DNA from: Oligoflexales bacterium
GTDB lineage: Bacteria; Bdellovibrionota_B; Oligoflexia; Oligoflexales; Bog-1112
DNA: 37,316 bases
Reading direction: 5' to 3'
NCBI GenBank assembly: GCA_045105515.1
Contig: JBGCDR010000092.1
Span: 1 to 37,316 of the forward strand
Both the position numbers and the translations under genes were made by a program. Each line of letters begins with the position of its first letter. The first letter of the stretch is position 1. Positions 17,048-28,847 of this stretch are shown here, in pieces. Under the pieces are notes generated by a model that saw only the letters and a program-made list of their open reading frames with translations, was not told the DNA's origin and made no database searches.

Positions 17048-20000
17048 TTACGGGATACTTACCAACTCTACGGCATCAGCTAGCTTCGTAAGCCATATAA
17101 TTCCTCTGATTGTCTTGCCTGGATGCATTTCTTTTACTGCTTTGCAGTAGAGCCACAACTGGTATTGATAGCCTTGGTCTTTACAAAATAACTCCGTAGC
17201 TAATTGATCAAAGCTTGTCCCAATGCCTAAAGAGGCTGGAGGTACGACAGTTTTATAATCGAGAATAATCACTTCAGAACTAAATTCTAAATAAAGATCT
17301 ATTTTTCCTCTCATAAGTTTATCTTTTTGTAAATGCACTATGGACATTTCACTTTCTCGGGAGAAAGAGGAATCAATCCATCCTTTCCACTTGCTATTGC
17401 TGATGGTCATTTCTATTTCATGGCAACAATCTTTACTCAAATCCCTCCAGCGTTCTTCAGACCATCTCAAACGGCGCCCTATCCGGGTTTTTTGTACTAG
17501 CCGAATCCATGCTTCCTGTGCATCCCAAGCATGATGGTTTGTCCAATACTCAATCCCCTCATGTATAAAACTTCCAACTGCAGAAGCAAGTAAAGGTGGA
17601 ACTTTGGTCATGGCACGTGGAATATTTGAAGATTTTTCCTGCGTAGCATGACTATGAGGCTGAATAATATCGATTTCAGTCGGAACCTTTACAGGAGTTT
17701 GACGAAACTGAAAATCATTATTTTTTTTGCTCGGGCTTATTAAATCATCTTGGATCGAAACGAGTCTATCAATTGTTGGTATTTGTTCCACCAACCAAAG
17801 ACCCCTATCACTAGCACTCTGCTTTCCATGTTCTCGCATATATGCAAGGAGCCTATCAAGGAATACGTCTTCTTGAACTTTATGAGGCTTATGTCCGCTT
17901 ATGAGCAAAAATTGACTTGCTCGCGTCAAGGCAACATACAGTAAACGTTCACATTCTCCAGCAAGAAGCAACTCTTGTTTCTTCATCAATGTATCAAAGG
18001 ATTTTTGTGTTGTAGGCTGTTGAGCTTTGTTACCTATAAAGCTAACACCTGGACTAGCTCCCTTCCGCTTCAACCAATAGCGATCACCTTTATACCATTG
18101 TTCCCCCGTTTCGACTAAAATGACGAAAGGAAATTCAAGCCCTTTTGATTTATGAATAGTCATCAAGGTGACCACATCTGCATTCTCACGGGCGGCAGCT
18201 AGTTCTCCTTTATCTGCAATTTCTCTAAGAGCATGTAAGCATTGAGGTAGGCTTATAGATCCTTCATCTTCTAATTTTGAACTAAGCTCTAGCAGCTTAA
18301 TCAAGTTTTTGCGTGCTAATTTTCCCTCACTGCCTTTAAAGGTAAATTCATATTTATTGAGAATATCAAGCTCTAGGTACACTTGACTTATCAGTTCATG
18401 AGGAAGCAAGGTCTGGGACTTAACAATCCAACACTCTAAGAACTCAGCAATTTCAGGATGCTGTTCAGCTAAAATTTGCTTAACAAGACCTAAATATCCC
18501 TCTGACTCTGACTTTCCCGAGGAGTGTACAGCATAAAACAAAGCATAAAGCTCAGAATCGTTGACCATGAATAATGGGCTTTTTAGAAGATGTGCTAGCG
18601 CTGTTAAGTCTTCAGGATAGACAAGAAAATGAAAAAACGCCATAATGTCCTGAATTTCACAACGCTCGAAAAAACCTTTTTTCTCCTCTAGTCGGTAAGC
18701 AATATCCTGCCTTCGTAAAGCTTTTTCAAAGACATTAACATGGGTTGCATTTCGATATAGAATACAACAATCTTTAGCCTGCAACTGGCGAAAATTTCCT
18801 ATATTTTTATCCCAAACAGGATAATAAATCTCAGAGTTTAATGCTTGCCTCAAATAAGCAGCAATAAAATCTGCTTCCTTTTCTACACCTGAGTTTTCCT
18901 CATCACCCGCAAAAGCTTCTCTGACACTCACTCTGCCACAATTAGGCACAAATAGTTTATTGCCTATATTTGCAGTGCTATGAGTGGGAAATTTGGAATC
19001 CATCTGAGAAAATACACCATTCACAAAATCTAAGACGATACCAGCAGTACGGAAACTTGCATTAAGAGGCAAAGACTTTTTTTCAAAGAAACGTAAACTT
19101 TCTTCGGCTAAATCCATCACGTCAGGATCAGCTTCGCGAAACCCGTAAATCGACTGCTTTTTATCTCCCACAATAAACACAGTAGGTAGCAATCCTTCTT
19201 CCTCGCTAGCCCCTCTCCCCGAAAGCAGCTCCGTAGAAAGCTTTTGAAAAACACTCCATTGCAGTAAGCTGGTATCTTGAAACTCATCTAGTAATAAGTG
19301 TCGAATGGATTGCTGTAAAAGCCAAGAAACACCTAAGCCATGTTCACCATAAAATAGCTGATAACATGCCATGGTTAGATCATTAAACTCTAAAATTCCG
19401 AGATTTTTTTTACGAATTTCCCTTGCTTCAATCCATCGATCATAAAGCTTATAAAACACCGATCCTAGATTATTGAGATCAGCAATTTTTCGCTGATCAA
19501 AAAAGTTTCCTAAAGTATCTTCGATAATGCCAATTTCTTGCTGCAATTTCTCTTGTTTTTTTGCCCGAAAAGTTCCCTTATGAACCCGAGCATCCTTTGT
19601 GAGCAAACGCAAAGCAATCATCTGAGCAAAATCTCTGGCTATGATAGCTGCTTGCATTTGTTCACTGTGCTTAGTTTCCTGAGCAAGTCTTAGCAAAGGT
19701 TGTTCAAGGTCACCTAAAACGGCTATAAGATTCGGATAGCTTTGACCACTTGGGAAAATCAGGTTTTGAAAGCCAGACCTTCCACGTGCGTTCTCAGTCT
19801 GCCATAGATAAGTACGTAGGCGAAAAAGTTCATAAATACGCTGTTCACAAGATAACGGGCCATTATCAGAGTCGGCTTTAGCAAGAGCATCCCAAGCTTG
19901 ATCAAGCAATTTAAAGGAAGACTTATTTTGAAAAAGATCGAGCCATGCTTTACGATTTAATTCATCAAAATCCATGGGATCAAGCATATTAAATCTAGCA

Positions 20001-20455
20001 GGAAAAGAGGAGTCAGCATTGAGTTGCGCTTCATAGGGAAACTTTGTAACCCACTCTTTAAAAAGAGCATCAATGGTTGAAACCTTTAAAAGTTGTGTAG
20101 CAGAAAGGATCGATTTTGCCACTTCACAAGCTGATAATACCGGTTTGACAATATAGGATTCATCAGCAAAAGCTAACTTGTTCATCCTATGAAACTGCAG
20201 AATCTGTGCATCAAAAGCTTCTTGCTCTGATCGGTCGACCAGGAGTTTGCTCGCCTCGCTAATAATACGTGAGCGCATCTCATTAGCAGCTTTAACTGTG
20301 AAAGTTATGGTCAGAATCTGCGAAGGGTGAGCACCACTGGCCACTAAGTGCAAGAAGCGTTTGCTAAGCTGATAGGTTTTTCCACTGCCTGCAGATGCTT
20401 GAACCATAAAACTATCGTAGGGATTTTGGGGGTGATCCCATTCTAGCTTATTCAT
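17048..20455 (-). CDS. addA: AddA-type UvrD-like helicase / RecB-family nuclease
   Basis: ASAGSGKT, DEFQDTS, VGDKKQSIYGFR, MTIHKSKGLEF, LLYVALTRA, and nuclease motifs GKIDL...DYKT...QLWLY. Confidence 0.9.
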   Translation of the reverse strand: MNKLEWDHPQNPYDSFMVQASAGSGKTYQLSKRFLHLVASGAHPSQILTITFTVKAANEMRSRIISEASKLLVDRSEQEAFDAQILQFHRMNKLAFADESYIVKPVLSACEVAKSILSATQLLKVSTIDALFKEWVTKFPYEAQLNADSSFPARFNMLDPMDFDELNRKAWLDLFQNKSSFKLLDQAWDALAKADSDNGPLSCEQRIYELFRLRTYLWQTENARGRSGFQNLIFPSGQSYPNLIAVLGDLEQPLLRLAQETKHSEQMQAAIIARDFAQMIALRLLTKDARVHKGTFRAKKQEKLQQEIGIIEDTLGNFFDQRKIADLNNLGSVFYKLYDRWIEAREIRKKNLGILEFNDLTMACYQLFYGEHGLGVSWLLQQSIRHLLLDEFQDTSLLQWSVFQKLSTELLSGRGASEEEGLLPTVFIVGDKKQSIYGFREADPDVMDLAEESLRFFEKKSLPLNASFRTAGIVLDFVNGVFSQMDSKFPTHSTANIGNKLFVPNCGRVSVREAFAGDEENSGVEKEADFIAAYLRQALNSEIYYPVWDKNIGNFRQLQAKDCCILYRNATHVNVFEKALRRQDIAYRLEEKKGFFERCEIQDIMAFFHFLVYPEDLTALAHLLKSPLFMVNDSELYALFYAVHSSGKSESEGYLGLVKQILAEQHPEIAEFLECWIVKSQTLLPHELISQVYLELDILNKYEFTFKGSEGKLARKNLIKLLELSSKLEDEGSISLPQCLHALREIADKGELAAARENADVVTLMTIHKSKGLEFPFVILVETGEQWYKGDRYWLKRKGASPGVSFIGNKAQQPTTQKSFDTLMKKQELLLAGECERLLYVALTRASQFLLISGHKPHKVQEDVFLDRLLAYMREHGKQSASDRGLWLVEQIPTIDRLVSIQDDLISPSKKNNDFQFRQTPVKVPTEIDIIQPHSHATQEKSSNIPRAMTKVPPLLASAVGSFIHEGIEYWTNHHAWDAQEAWIRLVQKTRIGRRLRWSEERWRDLSKDCCHEIEMTISNSKWKGWIDSSFSRESEMSIVHLQKDKLMRGKIDLYLEFSSEVIILDYKTVVPPASLGIGTSFDQLATELFCKDQGYQYQLWLYCKAVKEMHPGKTIRGIIWLTKLADAVELVSIP

Positions 20456-23400
20456 GACTCAAACCTTTTTCAATACTAGTTTTCTCGATCTGCTGAAGCT
20501 CATTAAGCTGGTTTGCATAGGGATCATCGCGACGACAAATACCTTCAAAGCTACAAAAATTGCATCCCTTTCCAGGCTCAGGTTTGAAAGCTTCTTTATC
20601 CGCAAGTAGCTGCTGCATCCGATAAGACCATTTGTCTTTTAAGGCTGTGAACAGCTCACCTGTTGAAGGAGTTCGGCGCCCAACCATACCTAATTCACTG
20701 AAATGAGACCGCACTTCATCACCAACCCCCACGACCTTTTCCTTGCCATCTAAAATGCTCCAATACATCAAACATGACTGGCTTTCTGGAAACTTTTGAT
20801 CCATAAACTGGTCATGGCTTAAAGCCAAAGCATAAAGCGGCAATTGAGGTGACTCGCCCGTACCGACATCTCGTCCTGAAGGAATAAATTTACGCTTGTA
20901 ATCTATCAAAGTATACCAACCTGATCCTTGGTCCAAACGGTCGAGAAAACCAGTGATTGTAAGTTCCCCTAGGCCATGCTGAGATGAAAATAAAGTGTTT
21001 CCATCAATGCTAACTCCCTGTCCCTTGCCAAGACTCCACTCTAAGTAACGATTTTCAGGGAATAAGAGACTCTTCTTATCATGACTACGCTGAGATTTTG
21101 AACGCAAAAAATTTAGAAAACGAGGCCAAGCAAAGCGCTCCAAATGGACTTTAAGAGGTGCAAATTCAAGTTTTGCCGGAATCAGAGCCTGACTCAAAAC
21201 CGCAAGTCTATTTCTCCCCCACTCATTCCATGCTTCTAGGGGAATTTCATGGGGAAAAGGTGAGAAAAACTCCTGGTCTTTTGTCCGTCCACTGAAAAAA
21301 ACTTCCAAAATTTGGTGTAAAATAGCACCCTCTTCGGCAGAGGAAGCTTTGCGCAAAATAGAATTGCGGTCTAATGCTAACTTTTTTAAAAGAAATTGAT
21401 ACGGACATGAAAATAAGCTCTCTAAGCTACTTGCTGATACCCGTCTTAGATACTGAGTGCGATTTTTTGGGTGAATACCACCATACTCATAAACCTGCTG
21501 CAGTTGGTTTTCATACTCTTCTTTCTTAAACTCATCAAGGTTGATAGCTAACAAACGATCAATATTTTCTCCATGATCATCGATAACAGAGAAAGATTTG
21601 TTTTCCGTCAAGATTTTCTCGATAAACCTTGAACGTACTGCCGGCTCCCCATCCACCTCAATTGGATAAAAAAGCTCCAAGCGTGGCACCCTCCCTTTCA
21701 ACAGATGAAAGGTGGTATCTTCTAGGGCTTCCACATACAACCAGGCTGGTAATCCCATCTTGGTCTTAAACCAATCATCCACAAGATGGTCCTTAGGCAA
21801 GCCCTTTGGACACTGTCCCTCGATACAGCCAAGGATAATAACAACCTGAAAGGGGATGTAGCGAGCTTCGATTAAACTTAAGACTTGCACTCCTTTGAGA
21901 GGATAACCAACACTACGTGTCTCCAGGCTCATCAGTTTTGTGCTTAATAAATCCCAAAACTCTATTGCTGACAAAGAAGGGTCTGCGTACTCGCTGGCCT
22001 CGATAAGAGCATCAATCAAATCAGCTAGAGCAGAGATACTCGAATGAGCTACACCTTCATCTTCACCGTAAGCTGCAGACCAAATACCAAAGCTACTCAA
22101 CAACTGATCTAACTCTTGGCACCAAATGCTCAGCTGATATCTTCTTGCAAACCCATTGAGTGGGTCAGACATCTCTATAAGCCTTTGCATGGGCTCAATG
22201 AGCTTGATAAATACAGCCTGCATCTTCGGATCTCGCAGCTCCTGCATAATTTGCTGCAGACTGAGATCTGCTGCTTCAAAAGAAGTAGTACCCAAGGCAT
22301 ATTGCAAAGACTTACCGACTTCCTCAGGCGTGCTTTTATCAGCTAAAAATCCTGCTAGATACTTGATTGTGATGGGATGGAAGCACAAAGCTTTCAATAA
22401 ACTACCCTGATGACTAGTAGGTGCCTGGGAAACTAGTTTGCTGACATTGACCACCCAAGCTCCTAGACTCGATTGAGACAAGGAGGTACTGACCGCTAGG
22501 TTTGAGTCAAGCCCCTTTAAATGAATAAAACTTCTTAAAATCTTGGCATAACGCCCCTCATGACTTAGAAGAATTGCTATCTGCGATGAGGGACAACCGG
22601 CGGCAATGTACTGCTCAGTTAAGGCAATGGCTCCTGCCACTTCTCCCATAAGGGAGTTACTAGACCTGATACACACTTTTTTAGCTACAGCCTTTGAATC
22701 TACAGATATTTCTTCGCCGGACAGTATTCTAGAATCTACACTCGCAATTAACTCACCAAGTGGGTTGATAGAAGAAAGAATGGCTGGTGGCTTTGAAAAC
22801 CAAACACTACAATTTTGCTTTTGACTCAAGAGTGCTAGCAGTGGCCTTAGGTCTGTTTTCACCGTGGTAAAACATGCTAGATACAGCCATCCCATCGGCA
22901 AGCGCGGGCTAACAAACACCTGCTCCATCAAAATGCCTGCTTGAAGGGCTAATTTTTGATTCGGGCTGACGCAGGAATTGGCTAAAAATTTTTCTGTAAG
23001 CCTTTTGAAAAGATCTTCAATCTCATCCAGCCTACTTACAAGGCTTGCTATATGCTCAGAATCGCGATAGCAATCCTCCTGCAAGACTTGATGGATACGT
23101 TCAAAACCAAGCTTTTCAAGCCCATGCTCACGCAAATCGTTGAAAAACTGCTTTAACTCATGCTCATGACCTAAAGCTAAGTGTTTATACTGTTTTTCTC
23201 GTATCAAAGAGGCAATCAATAATTCCTCCACCAAGTCGGAAACGGCATGGAGATCCTTGGTATGCTCACTACCGTACTTGCTGATAAACTGCTCTAAGGT
23301 ATAAAGTCTAGGAGGCCTAAACCCTCCTAATTTTTTCGCAATCATGGCAATTAAAACCGTGATCAAGCGCTGAGTTGGGAGGATCACCACCACTTCATCA

Positions 23401-23498
23401 AGCTCTTCCTTATGGTGCGTAAGAAGCTGCTTACACAAGCCTTCAAGCAAGCAATCCTCGCTGGGCCACAGATGCACACCAGGCTTTATTTCCGCCAT
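20448..23498 (-). CDS. addB: AddB-type PD-(D/E)XK nuclease subunit with Fe-S cysteines
   Basis: SASSLE...CPYQF, GFLDRLD, IDYK, QLPLY, CNFCSFEGICR; overlaps the addA start by 8 nt. Confidence 0.85.
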   Translation of the reverse strand: MAEIKPGVHLWPSEDCLLEGLCKQLLTHHKEELDEVVVILPTQRLITVLIAMIAKKLGGFRPPRLYTLEQFISKYGSEHTKDLHAVSDLVEELLIASLIREKQYKHLALGHEHELKQFFNDLREHGLEKLGFERIHQVLQEDCYRDSEHIASLVSRLDEIEDLFKRLTEKFLANSCVSPNQKLALQAGILMEQVFVSPRLPMGWLYLACFTTVKTDLRPLLALLSQKQNCSVWFSKPPAILSSINPLGELIASVDSRILSGEEISVDSKAVAKKVCIRSSNSLMGEVAGAIALTEQYIAAGCPSSQIAILLSHEGRYAKILRSFIHLKGLDSNLAVSTSLSQSSLGAWVVNVSKLVSQAPTSHQGSLLKALCFHPITIKYLAGFLADKSTPEEVGKSLQYALGTTSFEAADLSLQQIMQELRDPKMQAVFIKLIEPMQRLIEMSDPLNGFARRYQLSIWCQELDQLLSSFGIWSAAYGEDEGVAHSSISALADLIDALIEASEYADPSLSAIEFWDLLSTKLMSLETRSVGYPLKGVQVLSLIEARYIPFQVVIILGCIEGQCPKGLPKDHLVDDWFKTKMGLPAWLYVEALEDTTFHLLKGRVPRLELFYPIEVDGEPAVRSRFIEKILTENKSFSVIDDHGENIDRLLAINLDEFKKEEYENQLQQVYEYGGIHPKNRTQYLRRVSASSLESLFSCPYQFLLKKLALDRNSILRKASSAEEGAILHQILEVFFSGRTKDQEFFSPFPHEIPLEAWNEWGRNRLAVLSQALIPAKLEFAPLKVHLERFAWPRFLNFLRSKSQRSHDKKSLLFPENRYLEWSLGKGQGVSIDGNTLFSSQHGLGELTITGFLDRLDQGSGWYTLIDYKRKFIPSGRDVGTGESPQLPLYALALSHDQFMDQKFPESQSCLMYWSILDGKEKVVGVGDEVRSHFSELGMVGRRTPSTGELFTALKDKWSYRMQQLLADKEAFKPEPGKGCNFCSFEGICRRDDPYANQLNELQQIEKTSIEKGLSHE

Positions 23499-23797
23499 AA
23501 CTCCCTCTCGAATCGACGTTGGCTTTCCTTACCTAGCTTATATATGGTTGCTGACAGGATTTCACAAGACCAATCAAGAGACAAAGGTTTGTGCCGCCGA
23601 TATTTTCCTTCGCAAAAACTTTCGGAATTAGTAAGGTGCTATTCTTATTTGAACTCATGCCAATATCAAAGCCGGCCAGTTAAGCAATAAAACCTAGGCT
23701 GAACATGGGCCTGGCGTGATTCAAATTCCAAGCTGTGTTTATAATGAATGAGGATAAATCATAGCGCCTGGTACGGAGATTCCGAGAGGAGAAATGA

Positions 23798-25651
23798 ATG
23801 GTTAGTGGTTATACTGAAGAGAATATACGCTCCTTAGACTGGCGTGAACATATTCGCAAGCGCCCGGGAATGTATATTGGCAAGCTCGGAGACGGTAGCA
23901 GCCCAGATGATGGGATATACGTTCTTGTCAAAGAAGTGATCGACAATTCGGTTGATGAATATGTTATGGGCGCTGGCAAGTCAATTGAGGTCAAAATCGA
24001 AGATGGCTGTGTTAGCATCCGCGATTATGGCCGCGGTATTCCTCTAGGCAAGGTTGTCGACTGTGTCTCGCAAATAAATACAGGTGGTAAGTATGATTCA
24101 GCAGCCTTTAAGAAGTCAGTAGGACTGAATGGAGTTGGTACCAAAGCTGTGAATGCACTTTCAGGCCACTTCTTGGTGCAATCATTTCGTGATGGTAAAA
24201 CTAAAAGTGCTGTATTCTCTCGCGGAGAGCTCACAAAGGACAAGAGAACGGCAAAGACTACCGAAAAAAATGGGACTCTTATTCAGTTTAAACCTGATCA
24301 AGAAATTTTTACTGGCTTTCGTTTCACTCATGACATTCTCTGCGAAATGTTCTGGAATTACGCCTACCTTAATACTGGCCTTAAAATAGTTTTTCAAAAA
24401 CAAGTTTTTGCTTCAAAGCAAGGTTTGCTCGATCTACTGAGCAAAAAAGTAAAAGATGAAGAAACTCGCTATCCCATCATCCACCTTAAAGGTGAGGATA
24501 TCGAAGTTGCAATAAGCCATGGCTCAAGCTATGGAGAACATCATTGTTCCTTTGTAAATGGACAATTTACAACCATGGGTGGAACCCATCAATCTGCTTT
24601 GCGCGAAGGCTTTGTCAAAACCATCAGAGAGTTTTTCAAAAAAGACTTCGAAGCCAATGATGTTAGAGCTGGAATGATTGGTGCTATCAGTATCCGCGTT
24701 GAAGAACCTGTATTTGAGTCACAAACCAAGACCAAACTCGGATCGCAGGCCATTTCCCCTGGGGGCCCAAGTGTTCGTAGCTGGGTTGTGGACTTTCTTC
24801 GCAAGGCCCTTGATGACTACCTCCACAAGCACGAAGCAATTAGCAAAGAACTCCTCAAAAAGATTCAGCAGTCTGAAAAAGAGCGTAAAGAAATAGCTGG
24901 CATTCGAAAACTTGCTCAGGAGCGCTCCAAAAAAGCAAATGTCTACAATAAAAAGTTGCGAGATTGCCAGGTTCACTACAACAGCAAAAACCCTCAGCAC
25001 CATGAAAGCACTATTTTTATCACCGAAGGTGATTCTGCAAGTGGCTCCATCACTAAATCTCGTAATGTCAAATTCCAAGCAGTATTTAGCCTAAGAGGAA
25101 AACCTTTAAACTGTTACGGCCTTAGTAAAAAGGTTGTTTATGAAAATGAAGAGTTTAACCTCCTGCAACATGCTCTCGATATCGAATCTTCTATTGACAA
25201 TCTGAGGTTCAACCGGGTCATCATTGCGACTGATGCTGATGTTGATGGCATGCACATTCGACTCTTACTTATGACATTCTTTTTACAATTTTTCCCCGAA
25301 TTGGTGAGAAGAGGACATATTCATATATTAAAAACCCCTTTATTTAGGGTAAGAAATAAAAAGAAGACGATTTATTGCTATGATGATAAGGAAAAATCAT
25401 CCGCTCTTGGCTTGCTTGGTAAAAATGCAGAAATAACTCGCTTTAAAGGTTTGGGAGAAATTTCACCAGATGAATTTGGCCAATTTATTGGTAAAGACAT
25501 GCGTATAGTACCTGTAAGCTTTGACCAAAGCACATCTCTAGCTGGGCTTTTAAAATATTATATGGGAAAAAATACCGGCGAACGCCAAAACTTTATCATC
25601 GACAACCTTCGCATAGAAGAAAATGTGAATGAGCAGAGGATGGATGCCTAA
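23798..25651 (+). CDS. parE: DNA topoisomerase IV subunit B
   Basis: [46 protein letters not shown]; 617 aa. Confidence 0.9.
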   Translation: MVSGYTEENIRSLDWREHIRKRPGMYIGKLGDGSSPDDGIYVLVKEVIDNSVDEYVMGAGKSIEVKIEDGCVSIRDYGRGIPLGKVVDCVSQINTGGKYDSAAFKKSVGLNGVGTKAVNALSGHFLVQSFRDGKTKSAVFSRGELTKDKRTAKTTEKNGTLIQFKPDQEIFTGFRFTHDILCEMFWNYAYLNTGLKIVFQKQVFASKQGLLDLLSKKVKDEETRYPIIHLKGEDIEVAISHGSSYGEHHCSFVNGQFTTMGGTHQSALREGFVKTIREFFKKDFEANDVRAGMIGAISIRVEEPVFESQTKTKLGSQAISPGGPSVRSWVVDFLRKALDDYLHKHEAISKELLKKIQQSEKERKEIAGIRKLAQERSKKANVYNKKLRDCQVHYNSKNPQHHESTIFITEGDSASGSITKSRNVKFQAVFSLRGKPLNCYGLSKKVVYENEEFNLLQHALDIESSIDNLRFNRVIIATDADVDGMHIRLLLMTFFLQFFPELVRRGHIHILKTPLFRVRNKKKTIYCYDDKEKSSALGLLGKNAEITRFKGLGEISPDEFGQFIGKDMRIVPVSFDQSTSLAGLLKYYMGKNTGERQNFIIDNLRIEENVNEQRMDA

Positions 25652-25654
25652 GCA

Positions 25655-28177
25655 ATGGACGAAGACTTGAACAAAGAAAATACCGAAGAAGGTGCTAGTC
25701 AAGAACGCCAAGGAGCAACGAGTGGAAATGGCCTTGATAACCTATATAAAGACTGGTTTTTAGATTATGCAAGTTACGTCATCCTCGACCGAGCAATTCC
25801 TAGCCTCGAGGACGGATTGAAGCCTGTGCAAAGGCGAATCCTGCACTCATTGAATGACCTCGAAGATGGACGCTATAACAAGGCAGCAAATGTCATTGGT
25901 CATTCAATGCGCTATCATCCACATGGAGATATGGCAATTAGCGATGCAATGGTAAAGCTTGCCCAAAAAGACCTGCTTATCGACACTCAAGGCAACTGGG
26001 GCAGTCTCACAACCGGAGATCGGGCTGCAGCTGCTCGTTACATTGAAGCAAGGCTCTCTGGCTTTGCCAAAGAAGTCGTATTCAACCCTGAAACCACATG
26101 GTGGCAGCGTTCTTATGACGGACGTAACAACGAACCGGTATTTCTGCCCGTCAAATTCCCTCTCTTGCTGGCCCAAGGAGCAGAAGGCATTGCGGTAGGG
26201 CTATCAACTAAGATCCTCCCTCACAATTTTTGCGAGTTATTGAAAGAATCCATAGCAATCTTAAAAGGATATAGACCCCAAATTCTTCCTGATTTTCCCA
26301 CAGGGGGTATTGCTGATTTTACTGACTATAAAGAAGGTAAAAAAGGCAGCAAAGTTAAAGTCAGAGCAGTTATTGAGACCATTAACCAAAAAACTCTCTG
26401 CATTAAAGAAGTTCCCTTCGGGGTAACCACATCTGGTCTTATTGACTCCATACTAGCAGCTATGGAAAAAGGCCAGATCAAAGTTAAAAAGTTGCAAGAT
26501 AACACAGCTCAAGATGTTGAAATACTAATTCATTTGCCCACTGGTACCACTCCAGAAAAATTAATTGGCGCACTTTACGCGTTTACGGATTGTGAAGTTT
26601 CGATTTCACCAAACTGCTGTGTCATAGCTGATGGCAAACCTATTTTTTGCAGCGTTAATGACGTTCTTAAATCAACAGCAGAAAATACTAAGTCAGTCCT
26701 AGAAAAAGAGTTAAAAATTTCCCAGAAAAAACTGAAGAAAAGAATTCATTCGGGTATTTTAGAACAGATATTTATTGAAGAAAAAATTTATCGTAAAATT
26801 GAAAACGCTGGTTCTTTTGAAGAAGTTTTAAAGAAGATTAAACATTATTTACAACCTTTTTCTGATGATTTTTTCTTAAAGCTAAGTGACGAAGATATAG
26901 AAAAATTGACAGAAATTAAGATCAAGAGAATTTCAAAATTTGAAAAAGATCAGTCTCATACGGTTTTGGAAAAGCTTAAGATTGAATTAGAGCAGGTAGA
27001 GCAAAATCTTGCAAATCTCAACAAATATGCAATAGCATATTTTCGCGGACTATTAAAAAAATATGGCAAAGGACGAGAACGTCGGACGAAGATTGAGTCC
27101 TTCAACAAGGTTGATGTTAAGTCTCTTATTGTCAATGATCAAAAGCTTTATGTTAACCGTAAAGATGGATTTATCGGCACTAGTTTAAAACAAGACGAAT
27201 TTTTATTCGAATGTTCGAAGCTCGATGAGATCATTGCCATTTGCGAGGATGGTAGCTTTAAAGTTATTAAGGTTTGTGCAAAATCATATATCGGCAAGAA
27301 TATTATTTGGATAAGTAAATTTATTAAAAATGAAGAGCTTAAAACCTATCACATTATCTATCGCAATGGTAAATCAGGTTCTGCAATTGCTAAACGCTGC
27401 AATATTTTATCTGCGACTAGGGATAAGACTTATCAACTCACTAAAGGTGCCACTGACACAAAAATTCTATACCTTTCCGTAAACCCGGATAAGAAATCTG
27501 AAATTGTCAGCGTGAATCTCAAGCCAGGAACTCAGTCGAAAAAGAAAAGTCACCTCTTTGACTTTTCAAGCATCGAGGTCAAAAATAGAAGTGCAGTTGG
27601 TACGACCCTTACTAAATATCCAGTTAGTAAGATCATTCGTCATAAGCTCTCGGTAAACAAAAGCGATAGCCAGAGAGTGTGGTTTGACCGCAATTCGGGC
27701 AAACTGAATTTCGAAGGAAATGGTATATATCTTGGGAAGTTTGGCAGCAAGGATAAACTCATAGCTCTGTTTCAATCAGGGACCTACGAAATCCTCAATT
27801 GCAAGGAAGAACGCATTTTCAGCGATGACCTTATTGAGCTACAAAAGTGGGAAGCTAAGACAATCATATCAGCCATTTACCTAGACGGAGAGAGAAGTGA
27901 CCTTTACGTCAAGCGCATCGCTGTAACGGACGACTCCATTGGATGTAAATCATTTGTCCCCAAGACCAAAGGTAGCAAACTTATGCTGGCCACTCTAAAA
28001 GCCCATCCCGTGATCAAAGCAGAATTTGCTGGAATTGGAAGTGACAATCCTCCTCCATCCCAGTTAATAAAATTAGAAGAGTTTATCGATATTAAGAATA
28101 TAAAATCGCTTGGAGAAAAATTGAGCGACTTCCCAGTAAAAAAGGTTAAAATGATGAGAGAAAAAACAAAAGGCTAA
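25655..28177 (+). CDS. parC: DNA topoisomerase IV subunit A
   Basis: DGLKPVQRR, YHPHGD, AAARYIEARL (catalytic Tyr); no obvious GyrA-box. Confidence 0.88.
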   Translation: MDEDLNKENTEEGASQERQGATSGNGLDNLYKDWFLDYASYVILDRAIPSLEDGLKPVQRRILHSLNDLEDGRYNKAANVIGHSMRYHPHGDMAISDAMVKLAQKDLLIDTQGNWGSLTTGDRAAAARYIEARLSGFAKEVVFNPETTWWQRSYDGRNNEPVFLPVKFPLLLAQGAEGIAVGLSTKILPHNFCELLKESIAILKGYRPQILPDFPTGGIADFTDYKEGKKGSKVKVRAVIETINQKTLCIKEVPFGVTTSGLIDSILAAMEKGQIKVKKLQDNTAQDVEILIHLPTGTTPEKLIGALYAFTDCEVSISPNCCVIADGKPIFCSVNDVLKSTAENTKSVLEKELKISQKKLKKRIHSGILEQIFIEEKIYRKIENAGSFEEVLKKIKHYLQPFSDDFFLKLSDEDIEKLTEIKIKRISKFEKDQSHTVLEKLKIELEQVEQNLANLNKYAIAYFRGLLKKYGKGRERRTKIESFNKVDVKSLIVNDQKLYVNRKDGFIGTSLKQDEFLFECSKLDEIIAICEDGSFKVIKVCAKSYIGKNIIWISKFIKNEELKTYHIIYRNGKSGSAIAKRCNILSATRDKTYQLTKGATDTKILYLSVNPDKKSEIVSVNLKPGTQSKKKSHLFDFSSIEVKNRSAVGTTLTKYPVSKIIRHKLSVNKSDSQRVWFDRNSGKLNFEGNGIYLGKFGSKDKLIALFQSGTYEILNCKEERIFSDDLIELQKWEAKTIISAIYLDGERSDLYVKRIAVTDDSIGCKSFVPKTKGSKLMLATLKAHPVIKAEFAGIGSDNPPPSQLIKLEEFIDIKNIKSLGEKLSDFPVKKVKMMREKTKG

Positions 28178-28226
28178 GCATTAAGCCTTACCTCCATTCG
28201 TTGAAGTATAGATAAAGGAAGGCTAT

Positions 28227-28847
28227 ATGATCAATCTGATTTGGGATTTCGGGAAGGTTTTATTTAACTGGGAACCTCAAAAAATTTGTAAAAAATTTTT
28301 CTTAGATGTTCACCTTGCTAATCTAGTTTGCTCTAAGTTAATTGAACATCCAGATTGGCTCGCTCTAGATGCAGGGACCATAAGCCTCAAGGAATTTATT
28401 GCAAAAGCCAGCCGAAGGGTTGGTATTTCAGAAGAAACTATTGAAGAATTTATCACCATCCATTTACCTAGAGAAATCTGCCTGCTACCTGACCCTTTCC
28501 GCTATGTGAAACTCTTTAACGATAAGCATATATCCCAGTACTTTCTTACCAACATGGCCCATCATGTTTTTGCATATATTGATTCTCGGTATCAAATTTC
28601 TAGCTTTTTCAAAGGTGGTGTGGTTTCCGCAAAAGAACTTTGTATTAAGCCAGACACAAAAATCTACCAAATATTAACCTCACGTTACAACCTTGACCCT
28701 AAAACATGTGTATTCATTGATGATCGTCCTGAGAACATCTCAGCAGCTAAGGAATGCGGCATCGTGGGAATTCAGTTTACTGAATTCGTTCATTTTGAAA
28801 AAAAACTCCAAAGTTTTATGGAAGAGAAAGCAATAAAGATAGCTTAG
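28227..28847 (+). CDS. HAD-family phosphatase (YihX-like)
   Basis: WDFGKVL, LTN, KPD and FIDD motifs. Confidence 0.88.
   Translation: MINLIWDFGKVLFNWEPQKICKKFFLDVHLANLVCSKLIEHPDWLALDAGTISLKEFIAKASRRVGISEETIEEFITIHLPREICLLPDPFRYVKLFNDKHISQYFLTNMAHHVFAYIDSRYQISSFFKGGVVSAKELCIKPDTKIYQILTSRYNLDPKTCVFIDDRPENISAAKECGIVGIQFTEFVHFEKKLQSFMEEKAIKIA

Noticed and set aside
17048..23498. Helicase + PD-(D/E)XK/Fe-S nuclease pair as a novel defence system or Cas4 module
   Set aside because: Size, gene order and motifs match ordinary AddAB.
23798..28177. gyrB/gyrA
   Set aside because: No GyrA-box was recognised and the motif variants fit Topo IV better; this was not tested by phylogeny.
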